Source: Callorhinchus milii
Lineage: Eukaryota
DNA length: 64,000 nucleotides
Assembly (NCBI RefSeq): GCF_018977255.1
Contig: NW_024704742.1
Location: forward strand, 11,968,001-12,032,000
Reading direction: 5' to 3'
Shown: piece after piece, positions 40,915 to 53,800 of the stretch
Layout: every line of letters starts with the position of its first letter
Numbering within the stretch: position 1 is the first letter of the stretch
The notes under the pieces: model-generated
Seen by the model: only the letters and a program-made list of their open reading frames with translations
Database searches by the model: none
Told to the model about the DNA's origin: nothing
Translations under genes and position numbers: made by a program

Positions 40915-41335
40915 GTCTGCCTCAGTTACTCTTACCTCTGAGTCGGAATGTTGTGGATGCAAGCCCCGTGTTGGGGACTTTGAGTCATTGTTTAAGTCAA
41001 CACTTGCACTGAAGACTGACACTTCAGTGCAAGTGTTGGAGAGTTTTGCCAGAGGTACGATTCTTCAGATAAAATTAAATCAAGGTCTTGTCTGCCTATT
41101 GAGGTGGTCGTTAAAGATTCCATGGTGTTATTTGAAAAGGGAAGAGTTTCTCCTGGTATCCTGGTCAACCATCTCCCAAATACAATTGCTCGTGGCTGTT
41201 TGTGGGACATTGCTGTGCACAAATTCGTTGCCACATTTGAATACAAAATACATGGTCACTATATTTTTTCAGTAAATCCTGCTTTCAGAAGTAATCCTGA
41301 CATGAAAGTATATCAAATTCAAGAATTATTATCTT
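40915..41335 (+). mobile_element. DeuSINE, degraded but full length
   Basis: CTCTGAGTCGGAATGTTGTGG head, GACTGACACTTCAGTGCA, TTAAAGATTCCATGG, Deu body and tail. Confidence 0.7.
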
Positions 41336-41543
41336 GATGTCAGCCAATCTCATAGAATTTTCTGTGCTCCACAGAACAAATTAAGAGAAATTTAAACAAA
41401 TATTACTACCTATATAACAGCAGTGTTGAGGTGATCGTTAAAGATTGCATGATGTTATTTGAAAAGGGAGGAGTTTCTCTTGGTATCCTGGTCAACCATC
41501 TCCCAAATACAATTGGTCATGGCTGTTTGTGGGACATTGCTGT
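41099..41543 (+). repeat. Local 118-bp direct duplication of a DeuSINE segment
   Basis: 41099-41216 and 41426-41543 are colinear with only a few substitutions and share idiosyncratic sequence (CAACCATCTCCCAAATACAATTG). Confidence 0.85.
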
Positions 41544-43249
41544 AGCACAGATATAAAAAGGATTTTGTTTTTATTCAGAAAAAGATTTCTAATGTTTCCC
41601 CTTCAATTTCTCTTTTCCTATGCAACAGCCATCCTCCTATTTTCTACCTTTCTTGATATACGAACCTAAACAGTAAGTTTTGCCAATTTATGCCAACTTT
41701 TGCCTAGCTGTTCCACCGGGGGATAGTGGGGGTAGTGGAGGGTGTGGGGTGGGGTGAGCATCAGACTTGGGTCTTTAATAGGAATGGCCTTATTTTTCAC
41801 TTTTGGACCCAATCATATACAAGACAAGTGTAGTGCCCTATCTTCTACCCCAAATAAGATTAGCTATTGGATGGATTCAGCACTGGACAAAGTTATTGCC
41901 AGCTTAGCCACCAGGGAGGATGGTTGACACAAAACATTTATGACTTTGTTTGTTGTGAGTTATAAGGTCACCTGCAGCAGTGAAATATGGAACTCTGTTT
42001 CAGAGCTCCCCCCACACACACCCATTACACATCCTGCATTATATTGAAGCTGAAAACAAATAAATGCAAAATACAATTTGCTTTTGAATCCATAATGACA
42101 CAATGGGGAGGTTTTGGGGGTGACAATGGGCCATAAAAGTGCTCAGCTGAATGAATTGGAACACAATGGAGCTACAAACAAACATGCCTGAGATTTTATT
42201 AGGTATTTGAGCTGTTTATTTTTAGTGAGTCCTTAAGCAGTAACAAATGAGCATGTGTGCTGCTCTAAAGGATTGATAATAGACTGATCTATTCAAGGTT
42301 GTGGCCACATGTTGATCCGTGACAATGAGATTGGAATATCTTGCAGACAATCTTTAATTCTTAGCTATAGTTATGGCTGCTTGGATCCTCTCCTTTCACG
42401 CCTGGAAGGAAATGACTCCCTTTATTTAAGAAACTAGTTTAGATGTTTTTTTTGCTGCAGTTTCCAAGCATAGGATGGTGTTAGCAGCTGATGACAGTAT
42501 TGTCCATTATGTGAAGGCAACCTTGGTCAACTGGGAAAAGATGATCAAGAAAAAATCAGCTGGAATCATGACATTATCCATTGGTTTGCAAAAAATAACG
42601 AACAGATTACTGAAATCCTAGAAATAACGTTTCCCCAGCCCCAATATTTCCCGATTCGCACAGTAATCAAGGTGGCACTCAATAGGGTAAAGGTTCATCA
42701 TCAGTGCAATTGACTTCCACCAACATCTCACTCTCCACTTTAAGGAAACTACAAATGTAATTGAAGTTCATTTCAGGTTTGCTGTGCATATTTAAAAACA
42801 TGAAGTCACTCATTTAGTTATTTCACAGATGAATTACCTCACCACATAAAATTTTACTCCCAGTGGAATATCCTTTCAATATTCTGCTCCATTGCACTAG
42901 AAAAGTACAAATTCTTAAGAGTCAAGGTCTTTCTATCACCAGCATAATTCTGTGGTATGAAAGTGTGGGGATGAAATGCAAACCACTACAGTGGTGCTTT
43001 CTGATCTTTCTGTTTGATATAATATACTGTCTGATGTTGTGTTGGGAATAGGTTTTTAATTGAGAATCCCTACAGACCAGGTTCCTGATAGTTAACATAG
43101 CCTTGGCATTGGAAATCCACACACACATTCATACACACACCTTCATACTCATGAAAGAGAGGTTTGGATGAAGAAAGACTTTTTTTAATATAAAAATATA
43201 TTAATTTATAATACAATAATATATAAAATTTGATCTCATGCTTCCAGAA

Positions 43250-43580
43250 TACCCGAGCTGTCAAGCCTGTTTCTTAATGAAATCCAATGCATTGACTTCA
43301 TCCTTCCTGGCAACCCATTCCAGCTCTTGATTACCATTTACATGAATAAAACATTCCTGGTTTGCCCTCCGAACCCTGAACTTGCTTGTCCTGTTGCTTT
43401 GGCGCAATATTTTGCCCATATTTGAAGCCACGATAATTGCTCTGAGAGATCTCCGTTTATACGGCTGAGGAGCCTCAGTCATTCTTCACGGCTCATTCCT
43501 CTAACCCGAGAGATCAGTTCCATTGCTCTTCTCTGTAGTGATAACTAAGACAGTACTCCGCTGTGGCTCAATCAGAGAAA
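43250..43580 (-). mobile_element. Highly degraded CR1 3' relic
   Basis: Minus-strand remnants resembling the end of CR1 ORF2 (ORF 43261-43482). CAGTACTCCGCTGTGGC block. Confidence 0.45.
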
Positions 43581-44033
43581 CCCTATATCTATTACTGACC
43601 CTCTTGGCTGCAGAGTGTGCACAATTTGAGGCAGCGTTATAGAGTGTGGTAAATTAAAATGATTGGAAATTTGGAAAAATAAAGAAGAATTTTATTTAAA
43701 TCTTTCAAAACATTCGCACCATCTTGACTTGCATTTAAACATAATCAATGTTTCTTCATTGCCAGACAGTCTGGGACATACACTGCTTCATACAGTAATG
43801 CATTCATAGAATTTGTTTTTCATTGAAAAATCTAGGTTAAAGGCCAAGGATAGGAAGTGTAAGGAAAAGCTCATCTTCTGGTTGATAATCTCTTTGTCAT
43901 AGGACTATAGCAACTGTGTGTGTGTTTGGAACTGCAGTATATGATGTGATAATTATTAGCACCACTTAGGATAATCTTTCTTCGGGTTACAAAGAATGCA
44001 GATTTCCTATTTCTTCACCAGATAGTACCATAA

Positions 44034-44459
44034 AAATGCACAGTTACTACACCTTACAGTAAATTGTGAAGTGGTTTGAGATGGTTCAAAGACTTGAAAG
44101 CCGGTAAATCAGATGTAAGGATTATTATTATTATTATTCCTCCAGGCCTTTAGAACTGATGCAGAGCCACCTTGGATTTTAACATCGCTAATAGATGTTT
44201 GGATTCCTAATCATTTAACTTTTTTAAAAAATTATATCATTTTAATTTTTTAAAAAAGTTAAATGATTAGGAATCCAAACATCTATTAGCGATGTTAAAA
44301 TCCAGCGATGTTAAAATCCAAGGTGGCTCTGCATCAGTTCTAAAGGCCTGGAGGAATAATAATAATAATAATCCTTACATCTGATTTACCGGCTTTCAAG
44401 TCTTTGAACCATCTCAAACCACTTCACAATTTACTGTAAGGTGTAGTAACTGTGCATTT
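44034..44459. repeat. Perfect long palindrome (inverted duplication)
   Basis: Left arm 44034-44234 (201 bp), 8-nt loop TATCATTT, right arm 44243-44459. The arms are identical except for a 16-bp tandem duplication AGCGATGTTAAAATCC (44288-44319). Confidence 0.97.
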
Positions 44460-46156
44460 GAGGGGAATACAGCAGTCAATGTTAGGAACTGTTGACCAGG
44501 ACTTCAGAAGAAAATCCCTTCTCTTTCTGCATAGTGCTCTGGGATCTTGAACCTGAACAAATCTTAGGAAGGTGTCTAGAGATGTGAAAGAGAAGAAGAT
44601 TCTTCAATTATAATTTTTTTCTTTATGGGACAGGTAGCGGTGTCCTCCCGACCTGAATGGCACTATACAAGTGTAATTTTGTTGTTGTTGTTAAGGACAC
44701 AAAACTTCCACTTTTTCTGCTGTAATAATTATCAGACTGGAAACCCTGTTTCTTTATTGCCTAACTCATGCAGATGAAGCTACTGTTAGATTCGCACCAC
44801 AAAGGACTATCCATGTGAATATAAGCACTTTAAACACTGTCAAGGATTTGACTCAATTCTCTTGATAGATCAGGCAGTATTCTATAATATGATCTTCAGC
44901 TTACAGTCATTTCAATATCTTTAGTGGCTGCATTTTCTGAGGAAGATTTACATATTTTCAGGCACACAGGCATTCTTACCCAATCTTCTGCAGCTCTGGT
45001 TTCTGATCAGACCACAGACTTCAACGACCACTTGAATGGGAAAACCTTCATTAATTTTACTGTCACACTTTTTCTGTTCTATTCTTTACCTACTTGTCAG
45101 GAAAGGTGGTCAAAGCCAGGACACTGGACTCATTAAAAAAAGTTGTTTGATGCAGTGATGGGGAGACAGTGTTCTGGAAGGAAGAGATTGGATGAGCTGA
45201 AGGGTCTTCTCCGTCCAAACTGATCTTGTGACATTTAAGTTTTGCAGATAGTTGCTTATTTCAAATCAATTGAATGATTGCTCAGTATTATTTTCTTAAA
45301 GTCTGAACCAAGCCTCAAGAATTTGTAAGCCCTGAAAATCCCTGAAAAACCTCTTCAGGACAAAAAAAACACAACCCAGGCCATTTTCTAAATGCTAGAA
45401 TTGTGGTGATGTCTTTCCTGATCTCAGCTTCATTATTTTTTTACCATGATAATATGCACTGCAGTGTTCCTCTCATGTTCAGCAGCAGGCACTCGCTATA
45501 TGACAGGCAAGTCAGATTTTTGCTCATATCCTTTGGAGGGAATGACTGTTTGTTGAAAGATTTTTCTGACTGTGACAAAGGAAATCTTAGTTCCAGCTTT
45601 TCCAAAATCACATCTAAAAAGATTCAACAAGCAAAAGGGACCCGCTCAGACACCAGAAGTAATATCAGAAGTCAACAGATATTCTGAGATATTCTGAGAT
45701 GCTACACAGATTGTTGATTATTTGTTCCTTACTTCTTTTGGCAAACATTTGCCAGATTATGTGCGAAAAGCCTAAGTAATAATTTAGTCGTACAAAATGT
45801 ACCATTTAGATCATGTTTCCTATCTATCTATATAGGATTTATTTCAGGGATAATGTGCTTTCTTCCTCAATACAGCTTTTTCCTGGCATAAGTTGCAGTC
45901 TTTGGAATAATTGCCCAAAGTAAGTCTTATCTTTAACAATGACTTGTAATGGGGCATATCCTGTCTCTTTCATGGTTCTCTCAATTTATCTTAGGTCTGC
46001 GTCACTGTTTAGGTGATGCCTGATAATAATAGATTTTTTNGTCCTATTGAAAATAAACACATCTGCATTAATTGGCTTTTTTTTTAAACTTTGCTGACAA
46101 AATAGATTAAACGTGAGTCAATGGCAGTGACTTTAAATATTTTAACTGTTTAGATG

Positions 46157-46471
46157 TAATAATAATATAATAATCCTTGCATTTGATATAGGGCTTTTCA
46201 CATCTTCTAGACATCTCAAAGCGCTTCACAGAATATACTGTAAAGTGAATCGACTGCATATTTGTGGGCGAAACGTGGCAACCAATTGCGCACAGCAGTG
46301 TCCCACAAACAGTCATGGATTGAAATGACTAATTTATTATTGTTCTTTTTTCTTGAGGGATTATTATCAGGTGTATGGAGTAAGGAAACTTGCCCAAGGT
46401 TTCACCCTGCCGGGAGTCAAACCTAGGTCTCTCGCTTGCAAAGCGAGTGCTCTAACCACTACAAACTCCAC
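46157..46471 (-). mobile_element. SINE, short variant
   Basis: Reverse-complement match to the family. Confidence 0.88.
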
Positions 46472-46514
46472 ACTAAGTCACATCTCTGTGAATTTAAATA
46501 TTTCCCTTTTGAAA

Positions 46515-46890
46515 ATTGCAGTTTGTATAGCACCTTTCATTTTGGGAGGACATCCTAAGGACAGTCAGGGATTGAGCTAGAGCTGGGGGTTGAGATCAGG
46601 AGGGGTGGAAGCCAGAAAGGGTAGGGGTAGAAGGGTGGCCGAAGGCACAGTCGAAGAGGAGGGTCTTGAGAAGAGCCTTGAAGGAGGCAAAGGATGGAGT
46701 GAGGTGAAGGGACTGCGGATGGAGTTCCAAAGGGTGGGGCAGAGAGGCTCAAGACCCAACCGCTGATGGTGACGTGGGCTGGGCGGGGGATATGGAGCAG
46801 GCCTGCTGAGCAGAAGGAGTGGACAGGTCTATATGGAGTTAGCGGACACAGAGATAGGGAGGAGCAAGGCCACAGAAGGCTTTAAAAGCA
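46515..46890 (-). mobile_element. L2 3' fragment
   Basis: PTLWNSIRS and GAGGGTCTTGAGAAGAGCCTTGAAGGAGGCAA. Confidence 0.8.
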
Positions 46891-47411
46891 TCACAGCACC
46901 CATTCTACCACTGTAAACAAATTAATATATAATCCTTAATTCTTGCATTTGATATAGCACCTATGATGTCAGAAAGGTGCAAAACACTTCACAGATAATT
47001 GCTGTCAAGCATATTGACTGTAATTGTAGAAAAACATGGTGCAGCCAATCAAGGTCTCTGAAACAGCCATGAAGTGAATGGCCAGTTACAATCCAACCCT
47101 ATTATAAAACATATTTTTGCATAGTGCAAATTTGGTTATTAAGTAAATTGCATTGTGGACCTCATTTACTGCTCAAATGCCCTGCTGGACTGATTGCTTC
47201 CTATGTGCCAGCTGGCCAGCTTTTGTACCAAAATAACCCTGCGGGAATAATAATAATAATAATGAAATAATAATCCATGCATTTGATATAGCGTAAGGCC
47301 TATAATATATATCTTAACACCCTACCAGGTCTTCGAGACGTTTCAAAGTGCAAAGTGACATAAGGTCACTACTGATGTCACTTCCTACTTTGCGCATGTG
47401 CAACAAACATC

Positions 47412-47916
47412 GTGGAGTCCTGTAGCTCAGTGGTTAGAGCACTCGCTTTGCAAGTGAGAGACCTGAGTTCATTTCCAGGCAGGTCAGGGCGAAACCTTGG
47501 GCAAGTTTCCTTACTCCACACGCCTAATAATAATCCCTCCAAAACCAAAAACAATAATAAATTGGTCATTTTCAATCTACGACTGCTTGTGGGACATTGC
47601 TGTGCGCAATTGGCTGCCGCGTTCGCCCACAAATATACAGTCAATTCACTTTACAGTGTGTTCTGTGAAGCGCTTTGGGACGTCCTCCCGACGTGAAAAG
47701 CGCTATATCAAATGCAAGGATTATTATTATTATTATTATTATTATTTTCAATCTACGACTGTTTGTGGGACATTGCTGTGCGCAATTGGCTGCCGCGTTC
47801 GCCCACAAATATGCAGTCAATTCACTTTACAGTGTGTACTGTGAAGCGCTTTGGGACGTCCTCCCGACGTGAAAAGCGCTATATCAAATGCAAGGATTAT
47901 TATTATTATTATTATT
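47412..47916 (+). mobile_element. Young SINE with duplicated 3' half
   Basis: Full copy at 47412-47743. The 3' half (from 47568) is repeated at 47744-47916. Confidence 0.92.
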
Positions 47917-47964
47917 GAAGTGACATTGACAATGATTCTTTTTTCTTCTTCTAGCACAGGAACT

Positions 47965-48291
47965 ATAATAATAATAATAATAATAATAATCCTTGCATTT
48001 GATATAGCGCTTTTCACTCGGGAGGACATCCCAAAGCGCTTCACAGAACACACTGTAAAGTGAATTGACTGTATATTTGTGGGCGAACGCGGCAGCCAAT
48101 TGCGCACAGCAATGTCCCACAAACAGTCGTAGATTGAAAATGACCAATTTATTATTGTTTTGTTTTGGAGGGACTATTATTAGGAGTGTGGAGTAAGGAA
48201 ACTTGCCCAAGGGTTCGCCCTCTGCCTGGAATTGAACTCAGGTCTCTCGCTTGCAAAGCGAGTGCTCTAACCACTGAGCTACAGGACTCCA
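47965..48291 (-). mobile_element. Young SINE, short variant
   Basis: Near-identical reverse complement of the family consensus, 48 bp from the preceding copy. Confidence 0.92.
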
Positions 48292-50956
48292 AACTACCTT
48301 GAATGCACGAAGCGAGTTGGAGTTAAATTTGCTATTGGGGATTTTGTGGATCCCGAACACCATTTTATAACAAGGCTGCACTGTAATACAGCAAGACACC
48401 GCATAGTGCTTCATGGTCTGCTGCAGTTTACATGTCAACTGATGGTAGATGTAATTCCTGCATCTCAGTATAATTTAATCACACAGTGTCCCACAAGGAA
48501 TACTGAAGCAGACATAAATGAGGAAGGAAGATAAAAATCTCAGATGGTGACTTACCTTCAGGTTAATTGAAGAAACTATGCCTGTCAAGCAACCTGTATC
48601 CCTGCAGCCAATTCACAAACTTAAAAGAGTTTGGCAGCTGTCTCCTCTGTCATTGTTAGTTATTCTTGGGAGCTTGGGTCACCTCCTGTGGTCTTGAGTG
48701 AGGCTTGATGCTTGTCAATTTTGCCTTAGCACGCTCGCCACTCTTTATGTTCCTTCTGTTTTAACAGCTTCGAAGTCCTCTTAACTTAACTTTGGAGGTA
48801 GCATTTTAACTTGTAATTGTCACTTGCTGCACTCGATGTGCTTCTTTTGCCTGGGCTGTCATTTTCGATACTGAAGGTTTCTGCATTGACATTTTACTGT
48901 CTCAAACACAATCCACCTTTCATCATGAACTTGTTGTTCCTTCCTGAGCCCCACATTCCTCATGTGTGCTCGCAGGCTTCTCCTTCCTTTGCTCAAGTGA
49001 GCACACAACAACCTCTATGTAAATTAGCTATGCCAATTGCCTTGAATATGATTGATAATATTTATCAATATGATGACATAATTGGCATCTTGAATCAGGT
49101 CAGTGTCTGCAAATTTAGTGGATGATAAAAACATTTTGCACACATTTGACCCACAACAGATGTATATAAACAGCCCCTAATGTAAATTAGTTATACTGTG
49201 CACACTAGTTACAGTTGATTTTCAGGTTAAAGCAGTACAATCACTGCATTTCTACTAGCCTGAATCTGACTCCAATTGAGCAAAACAATGAGAGTCTTCC
49301 TCCTGGAGGCAGTCTTGCAATCTTTTGGCTTTGCACGGATTGCATTATAATTACTGTTATTGCAAGCAAATATTTAGTCTTCGAAGTTTAAAACAATCTC
49401 GGGCGATTTGATAGATTGTCTTATAAGATTTTATTTTGATGCTTTCTGCTTGTTTTCTCTTCTCTTCTCTTCCAACTAAGTGATTCCTTCACACATTTAC
49501 GTAATTTGATATCATGATGAGTAACTCGCTAAAGAAGAGGATATATATGAGGAAAGCTAGATTAAAATAGAAAAAGGTATTGAGTGGGGTACCTTGCATA
49601 CATTAATGACTTGAATTCGTAGACAAGTTAGGGAGAATTATAATAATAATAATAATTCTAAAGCAGCAGCAGCATTACTGGCACTTCACTGCCTGCAAAA
49701 GAGCCTTGGATGCAAACTGGATCTCCAGCAGAGAGTCTATTTACATCACTATGACTCATGAGGCTTCAGCTCTGAGGTGATCTTGGGTTGGGGCCAAGGT
49801 CTTGCATGTCAACGTGATGTACGTGGGGTTCACCCTCTGAGAATTCACCTTAACCTTGTTGATGCTTTATTTTGTTGTTCATGCTGTTTGAGACTTTGAG
49901 TGTTGCAGATATGTGATGTGGATATATTCTGCATGTGAACTTGTGGAGCTGCTTTCTAAATGGGTCGCATTCATTCCATTCAGTTTCATCAGCTGAGCCT
50001 TGGTCAAAGCACTGGTGTAAATAAGGGCTGTAGAGTACATCACCATTGCATAGATGTGGATTTAATTATATATCAGAGTGCTCATGTTTTCTGAAGCAGT
50101 GACTTTAGAGGTTCTGAAATCCTGATATCCACAAACACAAAGCTTTCTGATCAGCTGACCCTGAAAACCTCACAAGTAACACTGTTTGTCCAGTTGAGAA
50201 ACCACACATTATAGAGAATATTTAATGTATCGCAAAGTAAATTGGAATAGGCTTGATACGTCAAACAATCATCTCCTTTTCTTCATTCTAAGGCAGCACA
50301 GGCTTGATGGACACAATGGTCTGTTTCTTTGCTGTGGTTTTAATGCCACACTCACTCTTTTTTCCTCCGAAGGATTGTTAATATCCAGCTAAATACTAAT
50401 TAGCCATCAACCTCAGAGTGCAAGTTGGACAAGGATCAGTTAAATTGTTGCTCTTCTATGAAATATTGATCTCACACAGACGAGAGGTGTTTACTGGAAG
50501 AGTGTTTGAATGAATTGCCACCTTAGCGTAAGCAGGAAGCAGGACTAATCCATACTTGGCAACAAAACAGCCTGTCCTGAATAATTGGAAAATGAAAGAA
50601 TCAATGAAAAGTACAATGGAAGAGTACTGGTTTGGAAAGAACCTGACAAATGATAGCTAACAAAAAGAGATATCAACAGCTGGCATGTGTTACCAGGAAG
50701 GCTGGTAGAAATCAGGACATTGGCTCATTTGAAAAACACTGCCGCTGTTGGTGGGTATTCTGGAATTATGGAATCATATCTCAAAGCACATTCTTCATCA
50801 AGTAATTGTTTCCCTGTGATCCTTGTGATCTAGTTACAGCCAGTTATGTATCAAGCTATTGTAGTGTCACCAAACTTTCTACCTTGTAACTCGATCCTCA
50901 ACGTACAGCCTGTGCTATTAGGCATCTCCAACATACAACTCTGAGTCAGGAGCTTA

Positions 50957-51297
50957 CAATAATAATTTCATACCTTTAAGGGGTCTCAAAGTGATTTACG
51001 GAACATATTGTCAAGTGAATTGACTGTGTATTTTGTAGATGAAATGCGGCAGCCAATTGTGCACAGTAGTGTCCCACAAACAGTTGCGGATTGAGTGACT
51101 ATATTATTATTTTAAGGGATTTTACCCCCGGAAAAGCTATCCACCAATCATCTAACTACTGGGTTCCTACTTACTGCTAGATAAACAGAGGTGTATGGAG
51201 TAAGAAAACTTACATAATGTTTCGCCCTGCTCGGGAATCAAACCCAGGTCCTCTCGCTTGCGAGGCGAGTGCTCTAGCCACTGAGCCAAAGGACTCC
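50957..51297 (-). mobile_element. SINE, long variant
   Basis: Contains the extra central block and the tRNA head. Confidence 0.88.
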
Positions 51298-51879
51298 TAA
51301 TGATAATGCCACATCAACTGTCCATTTTATTGTTGAAGTGGACAGTTCAGATTTTTTATTTATTATCATGTATGAATCATAACTTTCAGAAAACTAGGAC
51401 TGAGCATGTTCACTGCCTTGTAAGGTTAGAATTCTATGTATTTTTTATAGTCTATTGCACAATAAATATATAAAATCTTATATTTTGGGTGTATTTTGCA
51501 TGTTAACCAGGATTTTATAGGTGATAAAAAACATTGGATTTATTTATATGCATGTTAGAATATACACTTTTTGTATACTGCTAGAATCATAATAGATGTT
51601 GTGAATGGGTTAACTTTTAAGTTAAGTGTGGGGGACAACTGGACTGACAGTCATGGGATAGGACACATCTGGTTTTCTCTGTTTTTGGAAGAATAACGGA
51701 CAGGGGCAGAGGGTCACCTCTTATCAGTAAATGACAACAAGCCACAGAGGTAACGGTCCAAGGTACCAGTCGACACAGGATCTCGACTGAGCAATAAGTC
51801 GCTAGATTCTGACAGGGCCTGCCAACCGACAGAAGGCAGCCCTCAAGAATAGCAGCTAATGAGCAAGTTGCTTAAACTA

Positions 51880-52227
51880 GAGGACTAGCTTAGTGGTTAG
51901 CGCACTCGCTTCGCAGGTTAGAGAATCTGGATTCGATCTCCTAGCAGGGCAAAATTTTCAGCAAGTTTCCTTACTCCACATGCCTGTTTATCTAGCCGTA
52001 AGTCGGAACCTGGTTGTTAGTCGTTCATTTTTCCCTGGTAATAATTCCTTCAAAATAAATCCTCAACTCAAGACTGTTTGTGGAACAATGCTGTGTGCAA
52101 ATGGCTGCTGTGTTTCGTCCACAAAATATGTAGTCAATTCACTTTACAGTATATTGTGAAGCGCTTTGAAATGTTTCGAAGACGTGATAAGGCGCTATAT
52201 CAAATGCAAGGATTATTATTATTATAA
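51880..52227 (+). mobile_element. SINE, long variant
   Basis: tRNA head, extra block CCTGTTTATCTAGCCGTAAGTCGGAACC, and tail. Confidence 0.85.
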
Positions 52228-52399
52228 TGATCACATTTGAGGTTTAATCGAAGTTAAATTTAACCACCGCTGAAATTGACCCTTTTCAGTCGCCTCATGC
52301 TGATTGTTATCACCACTTTACATGACCTCAAATGTGTAAAAGTTCCTGCTGCTAATACTCCCAGTGCAAAGGTAGTAGTGGCCTGTCAGAGGGCTCAAA

Positions 52400-53035
52400 A
52401 GAATGGCATTGACGAGGACACATGGTATACGGTATCAAGGTTTGCAGATGATGCCAAGCTAGGAAGTATTGCGATTACTGATGAGGATGGCAAGAGACAG
52501 CAAAAGGATTTAAGCAGTACAATGGACTGATCGGAGGCGGATGAGGTTCAATAAGAGGAAATATTAGGTGATTCATTTGGTAGGAAAAACAAGGGGTGTA
52601 TATGTTGAATGGCTGTATTTTGCAAGGAGCTGAGGAGCAAAGGGTTTGGGAATGCAGGCATTCATTGAAAATAGCATCACAAGTGAGACTGTAAAGAGGT
52701 TTCATATATAGCGGCATAGAGTACAAAAGAAAAGCAATAATGTTTGTTTAAATCATTGGTTAGCTCAGAATTGGAGTATTGCATTCGGTTCTGGGCGCCT
52801 CACTTCAGGAAAGATGTCATGGCTTCAAAAGGGATGCAGAGGAGGTTTACAAGAATGATACCGGGGATGAAAGGCTGAAGAGACCAGAGAAGCTGGATCT
52901 GTTTTCATTGGAGCAGAGGGTGAAGGGGAACCTGATTGAAGTGTGCACAAAATTCTGAGGGATTTTGCTAGGGTAAGTTGAGAGAAGTTATTTTCATTAA
53001 TAGGGAAATCAGTGACTAAGGGCCATAGTTATAAC
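52400..53035 (+). mobile_element. CR1 ORF2 fragment, degraded
   Basis: VSRFADDAKLGSI...QKDL. TTGGAGTATTGCATTCGGTTCTGGGCGCCTCAC (LEYCIRFWAPH). Confidence 0.85.
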
Positions 53036-53039
53036 CAAC

Positions 53040-53800
53040 AACTACCAACAACAACAACAAAATTACATTTATAGAGCGCTTTTCACATCGGTAGGACGTC
53101 CCAAAGCGCTGAACAGTCAGGTGTCGGGGCCCGAGCATGGGGGAGGGGTGGTGTAGGGGTGAGGGAAGGCAGAGAGGTGGGAGGGAGACCAAAGGCACGG
53201 TCGAAGAGAAGGGTCTTGAGACCAGCCTTGAAGGAGGCAAGGGAGGAAGCGAGGTGAAGGGACCGTGGGGCGGAGTTCCAGAGTGTGGGGGCAGAGAGGC
53301 TGAAAGCTCGGCCACCGATGGTAGGGTGGGTCGGGCGGGAGACATGGAGCAGGTTGGAGCCTGATGAACGGAGGGAGTGGGCAGGTTGGTAGGGAGCCAT
53401 CAGGTCAGAGAGGTAGGAGGGGACAAGGCCATGGATGGCCTTAAAGGTGAGGATGAGGATCTTGAACTTGATCCTCTGGGGGATGGGGAGCTAATGGAGT
53501 CGGGCAAGGGTGGGAGTGATGGGGATGTGGAGCCTGGTGCGTGAGAGTACACGAGCTGCAGAGTTTTGGATGATCTGAAGCTTGTGAAGGGAAGAGGTGG
53601 GAAGGCCGATGAGGAGGGAGTTCCCGTAATCAAGCCTTGAGGTGACGAATGCATGGGTGAGGGTTTCGGCAGCCTGAGGGGTGAGGCAGTGGCTGAGTCT
53701 GGCAATGTTGCGGAGGTGGTGGTAGGCAGCAGTGCCGTCATGGCGTGTATGTGGGGGAGAAAGGATAGTTCCGGGTCAAACAAGACACCCAGGTTCCTGA
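53040..53800 (-). mobile_element. L2 3' portion
   Basis: FDPELSFLPHI; LRSSGSNLLHV...IGGRAFSLSAPTLWNS...FKAGLKTLLFDRAFG; (TTG)n tail. Confidence 0.92.

Noticed and set aside
48551..48620. Perfect minus-strand splice donor AAG|GTAAGT with a possible ~47-nt exon
   Set aside because: The acceptor is weak, the peptide is unrecognisable and no partner exons were found. It cannot be supported without RNA data.
51545..51880. Possible 5' LTR for the element at 53800-57504
   Set aside because: It has LTR-like texture but no alignable similarity to 56811-57504 beyond TGTTAGA.
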